Of a stretch of 54,806 nt of DNA, positions 28,603 to 40,467 are shown in pieces. The stretch's first letter is position 1; the number at the start of each line of letters is the position of its first letter. This DNA is from Choristocarpus tenellus KU-1152 (lineage: Eukaryota; Protista; Phaeophyceae): positions 1 to 54,806 of the forward strand of contig CAXNAD020000008.1 of the NCBI GenBank assembly GCA_964200185.2. The letters run 5' to 3'. Both the position numbers and the translations under genes were made by a program. The notes under the pieces are model-generated. The model worked only from the letters and a program-made list of their open reading frames with translations. It had not been told where the DNA came from and did no database searches.

Positions 28603-31600
28603 TCATTCAGAGCATGGCTTGTGGCTCATTCCATAGCCTGCCAGGAACTCCCATATTTTACGTTCTACCAGGGCTTTTGACTCCACCTTAGATGGGGGTT
28701 TGGGGCCTGCATCAATAACTGACAAGCAGTATGCAACCCTGAGCCCCTCACCAACATCCAGTTCTCCAGCACTGTGCTCCTTCTGTGCACACCACTGTCT
28801 AGTTCCCCTCAGTTTGTTCCTTATCTCATCCTTTCCATCACTTAGTTTCCCATCTTCTGCTTGTAATCTTGCATCTCCCTGAGGTTGGATAGTATGTAGG
28901 GATATCATGACACTGCAGTCACATGCACCCAGTGCCAATAGCCATCGTTGCAACAAGCTCACACACTGACTGCGCCCAAGTTGGTCCACTGCCGCCACTG
29001 CCTGCTCATGTAGGTTATCTAGGTTATCTACCACAGTCCCAACCTCAGCAATCACCCCACAGGACATCCCTGTCCCTTCTACAACCCTCCCCTGCCCATG
29101 TACGCCCTGTATCTCTAATTCAATACTATCCTCCCCACTGATAACTGTCCCCGAAAATATCCCAGCCAATCTCTTGGTTTGATTTAAATCTCCTTCCAAC
29201 TCTTGCTCCTCTTTGATCCTATCAACATTTGCACAAGGATGTTGCTGAAGCTTGGAGGTCACCTCTTTGTTGAGAACAAACACCTCTTCTTCAATAAATC
29301 CATCACTATCAAATATATCATCAAGAGGCATATCCTGCATGTGGCACAGAAGATCCAATGCTGCCTCTCTGCAGCAGCAAGATCAAGAGGCATCAAAACA
29401 TGTTGACATTAAGATGCATTTTAGGAAGTTGGATGCATCATTTCTAGTTTTGCATGTGGTTGGCATGTGGCAGATGCGATGTATTGTATGAGGTGATTCA
29501 CTAGGGATGTCAAATGACAAAATCAAGAGATGACTACAACTCTTCTGTCTTGCTCAGGAGGCTTTGAACGAAGATAAGAGCTGTTACAAATTATATCAAA
29601 ATAATATGTTACTATTGTAACACAACATGTAAGGTTTGGTATGCTGGTCGATTACAACTAAAATATTACTATAAAATAATTTACCACTATTTCTATTATC
29701 TTCACCATAGCCTGGGACTAGGCCGACAAGTGATCAGAGGCATGAACAGAGGCAATTCCCACTACTTGTTTCATTTTGACAATTGCACTGCCTAGTCCAT
29801 GCTTTACTTCTATACTGTTGGAGCTCAAACACCCAACCGCTCATTGCTCCTATTGCTCAAACTATCTAGGTGTTTGTGAGTGCTGCAACACAATCCACCA
29901 TGTTTCAACTTTCTCATGTGTGTAGGGACAGACAATACATGCTACAGGAAAAAAATACATGACGCTTACCTCAAGGACATGTGAAAACAGATTTCTTAAA
30001 AAACAGAACCTGGGGACAACCAGGTTCAAACCCGTGCACACCATTATGGGGGTGCTCTTTACAATTGAGGACTGTGCACTCTGAAAAATTACACCCCCAG
30101 AAAGTCAGAGGACCCTTAAAACTCATTGACACCCCCCTGACACCTACTTTTGCTCAAAAAAATGTGAAAAAATTTCTTTCTTCGGTGAGCAGCATCAACT
30201 GTGAGCATCAACTGCGAGCATCAACTGCGCAACATGTTTCCAACAGGACAGTTTTAGGGTGGCAACAAATTTAAATAATTTGTTTCACTGGCTGGTCCGA
30301 TTGCTAATATTATTATGGTCTGGTCTGCTGCCCAAAGCAATCAAATTCCCAGTGAAACTGCCCCCACCGACCTTCCCTGTATACATGTGATATTGCTACT
30401 TGACATACATTTGCTTCAGAAATAACTATTCACTACCATCACTCTCACACAATCAACTGGATCAAAGGATACAAAACAGGTGCAACCTCCACCCACATGC
30501 CCTCCTGGTGAAGATCCTTTAAATACAGTTTCAAAATTTTGATGCCTCAAGTACAGCTATTGGTTTCGGGAACTATGGCATAATGTTGGAAGTGTACACT
30601 AGGATTTGACTACACAAGAACACTCAACATAATCCAGCCTCTCTGGGGTTATACCACCTTTTGACTTGTTGCAAGAGACAGACTCTGTAGGGCACTAATA
30701 CATTTGCAGATTCACAACCTATAATTTGAACTATGATTTTGCTTCACATTTTGAACCAACCACCAAAAAGTCACGTTGCTGGATGCACGATGCCTCTTGG
30801 ACAGCTCAGAATAAATTGAGTTCAGAGTATGTTACATGAGATGTTGCTGCTCTTTGATATTATCTGCTACTGGTTCTACCATGAAGCACATGCCTGGCAT
30901 CATGAGGAGCTGCAACAGGCAGTGGATGCATGTGTGATGTCAGAGTGGGAGCAAGTACACAATCACCATGAGATCTCGGGAGGATGACTAAGGCTCCACA
31001 GTGGGTCTAGATGTGCTGATCACAATATTTGTCTACAAGTGCTTCAATTTTTGTCTGAAGTCCATAATACCAACTTTGGTCTTGCAGAGCACTATTATAT
31101 GTCAGATATTTCCGGATAAATCTCACCATGAAAATATTTCTTGTAAGCCTTCCAGTCTACAGAGTATGCTGTAGATATAGCAACATGACCAACACACGAT
31201 TTTGTCAATATGAATATTGTCAATAGAGATTTGCATCACTCACTAACTCTGACAGTAAAGTAACCTTGTTATTGTTAGTGCTGATACATACCTATTCATC
31301 CTTGAAATAACTTGATGTATTTTTCCTTGAGGTGGTGGGTCAGACATAAGAAACAGTACCTACAATTTAAAACAAAGTTATCACTACTGTACTGTACAAT
31401 ATGTTTCAAAAGTTACACAGCAATATGGTTGCACTCCGCTGCACTTCGCCCCAAAACTTGCAACGTGAGAAAAGAGGTCTAAGGCTCTATTATTGGTCAT
31501 ATGATAACATATTTACAATGGAAACTGCCATGCCTTCTCATATCTTGTCTTAATACCAATAGGATTACTACTATGCCATATGTTATGCCATACGATCAGA

Positions 31601-34600
31601 GGATGTAAGTGGATATATTGCACCGATGTTGAAATTTGTCTATGAGATTTAAGTATATGTAAATAAAAAAAAAATGGTCTTACTGACGTTACAAACCAAC
31701 AAACCAACAAATCAAGTAATCAAGTACTGTTAGACCAAGAACCGCAACAGAGCCTTCTTCACTGATGTGCTAATACAACCACTTGATATTTAACATTTGC
31801 AACAAGCCTGGAGAGGAATAAAAAAGAACACAAGCTCTACACAATTTATTATTATCACAGCTTCGCCATTTTTTTTGTAATTTTTGCTACCAGTAGCAAC
31901 CAGTTGCATTCAAATAAATTAACGAAGAGTATAATTGTGAGAAAAACTGAAGAGTCAGTTGTCTGGTTATTCGATACACATTGTAATGATCCATGCTCAC
32001 CCTTTTAAATATGCACTTTATTAATGATATGGCAGACAAAAACATCTCTGGCTTGCTGCTGTACTCTCTTTACAAGGAACATGAAGCAGATTGAGAACTA
32101 TAAAGAATTTTTCTTTTTTACCCTCATGGACTTTCTGCTTTGTAATTTTCTCCTTGTGAGGCAGGCAAAGCATGTAGTCGTTCATTATGACCCAGGAAAA
32201 AAAATGCAATTATGGGTATTCATCTAAAAAGAATCATCAGCCAATACCCCAGTCAATTAACGATTAAACACTACCTTCCAAGCCCAGGGAGATTACAAGC
32301 ATACAACAACTCTCTATACCTCATGGGATTTAGCTTGGGCAAGGATTGCTCATCAAACACGTATTTGGTGCTACAGTACAGTGTATGCTGTCACATATCA
32401 CAGTGTATTGGATGGTGTGGATTTCTTCATAGGGTGATAAACATCACAGATTCTGATTTCAAGTAAGGTGAAAAGTTTCATCTTCTTTCGACAAGGGAGC
32501 ACCAGCTGTTCATGTGATGTGGCTATAACAAATTTCACAACAAGATGTGATGCTGGGGTCAGCAGAGTGGGTGTAAGCATGCCTTTGTCCATATAATATC
32601 ACTGCATATGCTAAACCTTACTTTGATCCACCACATAGCACAATCAGCCGCTCCAGTACCATCCAAGCTCCCTCGACCTCCAAGACATCCAGCCCCTGCA
32701 CCTCCAGTATCCTCCCAAGAAGGGGCTCCAGTGATAGGATGTCTCCAAGCAGCGAAGCTAGGGCTTGTTCTGGTGAACTGTCAGCAAAGGGGAAAAAACT
32801 GTCACAATGTCAGCACTTGAGAATGGAAGTAGAACTATAGATTAAAGGCACAAAAATCAAGAAAATGGCCACTGGATTCCCGTAGCTTGGGTCACCAACA
32901 AGAGGAATGTAATTTTCTTCTGAACAAAACAGAACACGATGGAGCAGTGTGCAGCCATCGCTCAGACTCCTGGTCAGCATGAAATCAAACCATCACATCT
33001 GTCCTTGACAACTGAAACATGCTTGCTCTATTCTTGGAGATCATCGCTTTGCTACCCCTCTACAAACTTCGCTCAACTTATTTTTCAAGTACAAGAATCC
33101 CCCTCAGAGGCTCTCACAAGGGTAGGAACAGACCGACCATTTAACATCATGTCCTCTTGTGCACCCACCATCTCCCAATTGCCAGACCAGCCTGAGTAAT
33201 AGCCTCTGCCAGCTGAACTGTGCTTGTTTGATCATTTGAAACCTGAACACTGCTCCTCTGTTTACATCCCAGCATCTGGTTCTCCCTCACTAAGTATGAA
33301 CTGCTTAGCCTGTTGTCAAAGTTTGGATCGCCCCTCTGATCCCCCAGTGCATGCTTCTGTACCTTGCATTCCTGTGTTTCTGTGGTAGCAGCAGGTAATA
33401 TTGCCAGGTTCTGACCTCTCTCTCTCAGCTCCTCATCAATCCCAGTTCCCAAAGTTGATCTTCCTTTTCCCTCTTTCCCTTTCCCCTGTGTCTCTGGTCC
33501 AAAAACCAATTTCCCTCCTGCCCACACACGGAGTTTGTTCTGGGGAACCTCAAAGAGCTTGCAAATTGCACTAGTGAGTTTGCTCGCCTCCCCGGAAAAA
33601 AAGTCCCTGGGGTCGAATGAAGTCTCAGAGTCCATTGTGCCCCATAACTGCTCTCCTGCCACATCACCTGTTTCTACATCCCTCCCATTCTCATTCTTTG
33701 AATATGCTTGATTGCCATCCTCATCCCTGACTTTGCAGCCCAACACAGACTCTCTTGTCATCTGTTTTGCTCCGCCTAGACATGGATCCCCTCCTCTGTA
33801 CAGTTTAAACTTCTGGAGGGCCCGGAAGCGAAGTACTTGGTACTTGAGGCGGTTTAGCCCAGGAGGAACGAGGGCGGAGGTGGGCATCAATGCACCTTTA
33901 GGTTTTATTTCGACTGCAATGGTTGAAGCAGAGTGCGGTGGGTGCAACAATGGTAACCATGCCTCACCTTTCCCACGACCCTGTATCAACTTCATGTCCT
34001 CGTTGCAGTTCCTATGTTGACTCTGAGATGTGGTCACGATGAGTTCACCTGATCTTAAAAGGCGTTCTTCCCCCACCTTCCCATAACTGGTGTCTCCTGA
34101 GCTCGAGTAAGACCAATATGTGTCCTGGTCTCGACCACCGCCCATCTCTTTAAGATCCATCCAAAATGAGGTCTTGTCTGGCTCTAAATCTGCCCAGGAG
34201 GTCCAATTGCCCTTATCCTTCCTCACCCGGCCAGCTGGTCGAACGTTCATGATGCTGGCAGTGTTGAAGAACAATATCAGGGATTAATGAGACTGAAGTT
34301 CGACGAGAGGATGGATTGGCCAAGTCCGATCTGATAAGCCCACAGAGGGGAAAACGGATTTGTATTGGCTCTACTTGAAGATTCGGGCCTCGATTTACAG
34401 AGTGATGTTCTTCCCTATGTGACTATTTAGGGGCATTTGCATGCTATTTCAACGGCAGTGACAAAGATACCACACTTCAAATGATCAATCACCATGGTAT
34501 TAACGGAGTATCTGACCTGATCTATACCATTGCCTATAGTCAACTATTTGGTTTGAAGTTTCGGCCGAGGAGCAGGACAGACTCACACACACCTTCTTCG

Positions 34601-34999
34601 AAGCCGCTCAATATCTCCACTAGATATCCTCACGGGTTCTCCTGGCTGGATAAATTGAGCACCCAAGAGAGGTGCAAGCACACGATACTGGAACGACTGG
34701 CGGGAGCAAGTTCCAACTTGTGGCTCAGCTTCTGAATCCATTCCTATTTTCCATGTCTCTACACTAAGTAGATCCTCTACGCCTTCTGCGAATGTGCGTC
34801 GAGGTTCCATGCGACGTGGTGCTATGGAGGATTGAGGTTCGTGGTTGGCAGGGTATCCTCTCTTAAGGATTCTCAGCACCTGTCCCGAAAGAGTGGGATC
34901 CTTTCCAATGTACCTGAGAATCACATGAGCGTTTCCCTCGGCAATGTAAGACCAATCACTAGGACTAACAGGAAATTGTGGAGGAACCGCAGCGACCAT
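28603..34999 (-). CDS. IPK1: Inositol-pentakisphosphate 2-kinase (4 exons, 804 aa, long insertions)
   Basis: Exons 34999-34593, 34254-33169, 32777-32622, 29368-28603; all GT-AG phase-2 introns, 2415 nt. Motifs: WSYIAEGNAHVILRY, VEIKPKG, FDPRDFFSG, PQNKLRVW, QGLDVLEVEG, DCSVMISL, VIDAGPKP. The exon 2 donor (TG|GTGGGT) was chosen on phase and is the least certain junction. Confidence 0.88.
30190..30229. repeat. 13-bp tandem repeat AGCATCAACTG(T/C)G x3 in IPK1 intron 3
   Basis: AGCATCAACTGTG AGCATCAACTGCG AGCATCAACTGCG. Confidence 0.85.
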
Positions 35000-35251
35000 A
35001 TTTTCCACTTCGTATGCCTGATCACATGGACTATATTGTAGGAGAAGGTATTGATTGGATCAACATGTGATTTATTATTTGAGAAAATTGATTTTCAAGA
35101 AGTTGAAGTTTAAGGAATGCCAACAAATCTCTATAACATTGGAAGGCGTTTCACTTCTTGACAAATTCAAGTTTTGTTTATACAAATTGTGTATATTTCC
35201 CGTAACCCGTAATATAAAACAGGTCCACAGTACCTCGATTGGTTGAGTCCC
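35000..35251. promoter_or_regulatory. Probable bidirectional promoter between IPK1 and COQ3
   Basis: Only 252 bp separate the divergent ATGs (34999 on -, 35252 on +). The spacer is AT-rich and lies within a CpG-retaining zone. Confidence 0.6.
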
Positions 35252-38200
35252 ATGATTTGTAGGTGGATTACGATGGCCGCATCCCGTTCAAGGGTTAGTC
35301 GACCGATCAGGATATCAAGTATTGTCAATGGAACAAGCAATAATGCACTTGGAGAAGCCCTGGGAGGAACCCAAGTAGGATTCGAAGCAAGGACCGCATC
35401 CACTAACGTGTTGAGGGAGGAAGTGGCTAAGTTCAGCCACCTGGACAAGTGAGGTGACTGTGATCATGAATCATCAACTTGCTGCAGCGTGATCTTGCTG
35501 GATCATTGATTGTTTGTGATGTTGCAATGTCCACGTTTCGAAGTAACTTTCGCCCTTCATATCCTGTGAAACAATAGGAACTGGTGGAATCCCAAGTCCA
35601 AACAAGGGACCGGACCGCTGCACTCAATGAACGTAACAAGGGTTCAGCACATTGCCAGGTCAGAGTAGATATCGAGAGAAGTGGCTGCACTTGTGTCGAG
35701 GGACGTGATTTCCTTACCTTCAAATGCTACCTACCACAAGGCGATTCCTACTCAGCGCTATTGTTTATGGCCCCTAGGTCGCTACAGGGGTTTCTAGATG
35801 GTCAGTTCAAGTATACCGAGATCCTCTACTCTGGTAGGTAGTGCTTGAAGATTGACCTTTCCTCCCGTCTGTCGCTACCATTTGTCTTGTTTCACAGACA
35901 GGTTGGCCATCACATGCCCAAGGCATCTCCCCATGTTGGAACATCGAAACCACTTCTTGGACTCAGAGTATTGGATGTGGGATGTGGAGGAGGACTGCTG
36001 AGTGAGGTGAGATGAAGCTTGTGGTGGGGTACTCACCTGCTGTGAGTTGTGCGCAAAGGGAATTGCACTATCTTGTATGCCCCAAGATGCAATATGTCCT
36101 AGTGGGACTATGATTAGGTAGAAGCACTAAACTATCCACGACATCTCTCACTAAGATGGATGTGTTGCTGTAGTGGCTACTTGTTCGGAGAAACCATGGA
36201 ACTTGTGGATTGCTAATCTTGCAAGGTAATTGTCAGCCCAACTTATCATATTGAATTACTGATATTTCTTGCTCCTGTTCATTATTCATGGAGGTAGTCT
36301 TTGGCACGACTGGGAGCTACGGTGACCGGTGTGGACCCATCGCCAGAGAATGTGGCTGTTGCATCTGCACACTCAAGGGTGGACCCTCTCACAAGGGACA
36401 TAGTTTATAGGGCTGTGCAGGCTGAGGATCTCGTTTCAGAAGGTCAGAGCTGAGCAGAATATCTAATGTAACCTTTTTGAAAGATCCCTGATGTTTTGTT
36501 GGCATTTGTGGAGAATGTAACAGGTCTCTGGGGAGGTATATTTTATGTGAGAACCTGGTATACTCTTTTTTTGTTGAAAAAGACTTGAGTAACATTGTTC
36601 TCACATTATGAAGGGACCAGGTGACAAATTGTCCTTTCTGGGGTCATAGGAAACAAAATCAACGTCAATTGCTGTGCAGATTTGGGAATACTGTTGTCAA
36701 CATTGAAATTCACCTGTGCCTATCAAAATCAAAATTCTGAGAAGAATAGAATGATATTTGCTCACTCAACTGGTGCTCTTCAAGATCAGGCAAGACTTAA
36801 GTAAGTCAGCACTTGTGGTTATACTCCAACATCAATCCTTGCAATTGCCACAAAGCTGAGCTAATTTTTTGAGAGAATTATTTGGATGAACGAAGGCTAC
36901 AAGCACCTCACTTACCGACACTTTCCCTTTTTTAAGTAGATTGAGGACACTACATCTTCTCTATGACTCCTGTGCCGTTCCAGACTGGTCTGAGATGCTT
37001 CTATTGCCCTCTCTGCTTAACTCTGGTGATAGGCGAGAAATTTGACCTTGTAGCCACTTTGGAGGTGATTGAACATGTGGCTGACCAGGATGCTTTCCTT
37101 TCATCCCTGTCCTCCCTTACTGGCCCTGGTGGGATGCTGGTTCTGTCTACCATTAGCAAGACTTTCAAGGTGTGTACTGTTGATGTTCTTTGGACTAGTT
37201 GCAACATACTCATGTTTCTCCATTGTTTACTGTTCCCTCTCATTAGGTTTCTGTGGTGGAATTGAGATAATATTGATGCATCACCAGCTTGGACCTGTCA
37301 TAAACTTAAAATGACTGGACTTCAGTAGCATATGCACCGTAGCACTTTCTCCCCTTCCCTAGCCCACAGCGTGGTGAATATTTTTCTGTTACAGGAGTAG
37401 CGGGGTGTATGTGGATTTTTGTACATTAACTAAACACACCATGTAAGTACATTACAAATTTAATCACAATAGCTGGTGAATGTTAGCAACTATCCCGTCG
37501 AGCAACTCCATGAAGGAAAGGGATGATGGAGAGTCATTGCACTTCACAATGGTACATGGTAAAGCACAGAGTATTATATAGCAGGTAAGTTTGATAGGCA
37601 ATTAATCAACAGGACGAGAGTACAAGAAAATTTTGGGGAGTGTTTACTATAGATGACACTACTCAATACAATGTGGCACTTTTCAGTGGTATGATGATAA
37701 TAGCTTCTACTATGGATTTCTACACCAAAGGAGCTAATTTAGCCTAGTAAATTTTGGTAGATTTAACTATGTGTGATCGTCCTGAAGATGTAAAATGTAA
37801 ATGTGAATGACTCATCACCTCTTCAGAGGAAGCCAAGTTTGGAACCTTTTGACTTTTTTGTTTGATTTGAGCCTCTTGTGTTGGAAATAGCAGTACTGTA
37901 GTGGAAGTATATTGCAGGTGTTTCCAAGATGTGTCTTGATATCATGAGAAGCCTGCTCTATGTTTTGTAGTTTGAGAGCATAAAGCATAGCAATAGCAAT
38001 ACACAATGTGCAATGCTATACTGTATTGTACCATAGAACATTGTTCAATTCAACACCATGGTGGGGTAGGTCAGTAGCAGCATGTAAACGTGGAAACTGC
38101 TTTATCGTGTACCTTAGGAAATGCACTGGTGAGTTTACATCAGTGAAGCCCAATCTTTTTTTTCTCCCTCCATTTACAAGACTGTGTATCAAAGTTTGTC

Positions 38201-39009
38201 TTGCCACTTGCCTGTATCCATACAAAGCTAGGCTGAGGCAATCAGACAGACTACCCAACCCGGACTGGTTCTCCTGGTACCTGCAAGTAGTGCCCAACTA
38301 GTGCTTTTACTCCCATCCATCCTCCACTTGAACCACTCTTGCAAACAACTAACTTTCTTGCTCTGAAAGGAGTTTGAACCCAAGCCGTTGCTTTTGTGAT
38401 GTCAGGAGCAGTGGTCCTCAGTTAACAGTTTTCAAACAGGAAGTAAGCTCTTTCACGTACACTCTACCATCACGTGTACTTCTCTAACATAGTTGACTTG
38501 GTGGTATCACATCTTGGCCAGTGGTTGAAGTTCACATGTGCTTTATACGCCATGATATTTGCATTTTTCATGATTGATAGGTTTTAGCTAAGAGTACACA
38601 GCACAGCGTCGTTGCACTCTTAAATATTTTGCCATGCCCTACTTACATTATATAACTGTATTTTCTTGTATGAGCACCCGGTGTGAATGTGACTTGTAAT
38701 GCTTAATCCTTCCTTTCACCACCATGTACCATCTCTGTTTTCTGCATTCCTCCTGAGAAGTCATTTGCTTTGGTGGTGGTTGGAGCGGAGTATGTGACAG
38801 GCCTTGTCCCTGTTGGCACACATGACTGGGGAAAATTTTTGCATTCAATGGATTTGAAATCACTGCTTCAGGACAGAGGCTTTAACAAGTTTGAGGCAAC
38901 CGGGCTTATATACAACCCTCTCTTGGATTGCTGGCGGGAGGATAAGGAAGATCTTGACGTGAATTACATAATCACAGCAATGCACCAGTGTGGACTGGGA
39001 GAGACATGA
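35252..39009 (+). CDS. COQ3: Ubiquinone biosynthesis O-methyltransferase (6 exons, about 305 aa)
   Basis: Exons 35252-35448, 35578-35658, 35898-36006, 36298-36442, 37033-37169, 38761-39009 (918 nt). Motifs: EVAKF...WW, LHSMNVTR, LRVLDVGCGGGLLSESLARLGA.VTGVD, FDLV..LEVIEHV, GAEYV..LVPVGTHDW.KF, YNPL, DVNY. The Arg/Ser-rich N-terminus fits a mitochondrial presequence. Alternative start ATG at 35273. Confidence 0.94.
38356..38425 (-). mobile_element. Degenerate tRNA-derived SINE-like fragment in COQ3 intron 5
   Basis: Minus strand GGGTTCAAACTCCTTTCAGAGCAAGA resembles AGTTTGAACCCTTTCAATGCTAGA at 43542 (B-box plus flank). Confidence 0.35.
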
Positions 39010-40321
39010 AATGAAACAATGAACACTTGGTAATTGCAACGAACCCTTCCTGTTAGTAATGGTGATAGCCGTTTGGTCCCGGAACAACAAACTGAGCAAG
39101 GAGTAGTCCAGCAGAGATTCACTGTGTGGAGGCTGATCCAAGTGATGCAAAGCTTCCATATCTTGAAATGAAGGTGCAAATATTAGATACGAAGATTGAA
39201 CAACTGCAGTTGTTCTCCAATAATTGGTCTGCATCTGAATGGTCAAGTGGAGTTGTAAGAATATATATAATGTGTATGAGTTCACAATAACTCTTACGTT
39301 GTCAGTGTGTTTTGGGTGTGTTTTGGGTGCAATGAAATTTTTGACTCGTTAAGAGCTAGCTCAACAGAGAGCCGAATGAGGGCTTGATACATGATTGGTT
39401 CAGAACATACTGTTATTATTTGATACCACTGTTTAATTAGGTTATAAAATATAATCATTGCTGCCGTAGACAGCACATGACTGTTCACCTGTGTATCTCC
39501 TTTTTTTTACCTAAAACATACGGCTGAACACCTTCAAGCACCAATTCCCAAAAACAAACCAAAATCCAGCTTTGTTATCTCTTGCTCAATTGTTTGACTG
39601 CATGATGTCTGTGTCAAGAGTGAACTGACAACTGCTTTCACAATAGTTAAATACTGGCTGTATCATGTTGCCATATGCAAGGGTGTATTGTTGCCCTTGA
39701 CACTTTCCTCTCAAGTGGTTGGTACCTCAAGGAAGAAAAAGATGACCAGTAATCTTAACACTAATGTAGCCTACCCAGTCTGTGTCCTGCATTAGAGTAA
39801 TTAAATGTAAGTAGGCAAGCAACCCCCTCTTGAGTCAGGGATGTCATTGCCATTTTGTTCAAGTTGACTGTTGTGATTGCCAGGTCAAGCTAATTGATCT
39901 CTTGAGATTGTAGGAATGGGTGGGGACTTGGTGAGACAGGAGTAATTGCATTGGTCATTAAAAGGACAGTTGTTACTCTTGCACTCCGCTCAATAATCCC
40001 ACAAGACTACTTCTTAGTAGTGGGTGAGGCACATAGAGGTGGGCATAAGTAGGCCAGCACACTCCAGAAAGCTGGGTATGATAAATAAATAAAAAAACTC
40101 CCATATAATTGTTTTTTGTCTCATCAGTGTCCTGTTCAATGAAAAACCAATTGCCTAATTTGCAACTAGAACAATAATTTTTGTCCTGTTGACTGTTACT
40201 GAAGTTGTTGGAAACTGGGTTGGATCCTGAGTACTGAATACCTTCTGAAGCCAGAGCAGTCAGTTGGATGGATGGGTACTTGGCTCTTTCTTCAAATTCA
40301 TTGAGTACAGTAGAGTCTTCT

Positions 40322-40467
40322 GTGGGCCTATCTCTGGATGCAACTAGACACTTGAGATACTGAAGATAATATCTCAGAGCTTGGTTACAGAATAGTGGGC
40401 CTATCTCTGGATGCAACTAGACACTTGAGATACTGAAGATAATATCTCAGAGCTTGGTTACAGAATA
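40322..40467. repeat. Perfect 73-bp tandem duplication
   Basis: GTGGGCCTATCTCTGGATGC...GGTTACAGAATA starts at 40322 and again at 40395, with no difference visible. Confidence 0.95.

Noticed and set aside
33180-33200. GC-AG donor (CAG|GCTGGT) for IPK1 exon 2
   Set aside because: Wrong phase for the next exon; a canonical phase-2 TG|GTGGGT donor at 33169/33168 gives a continuous frame.
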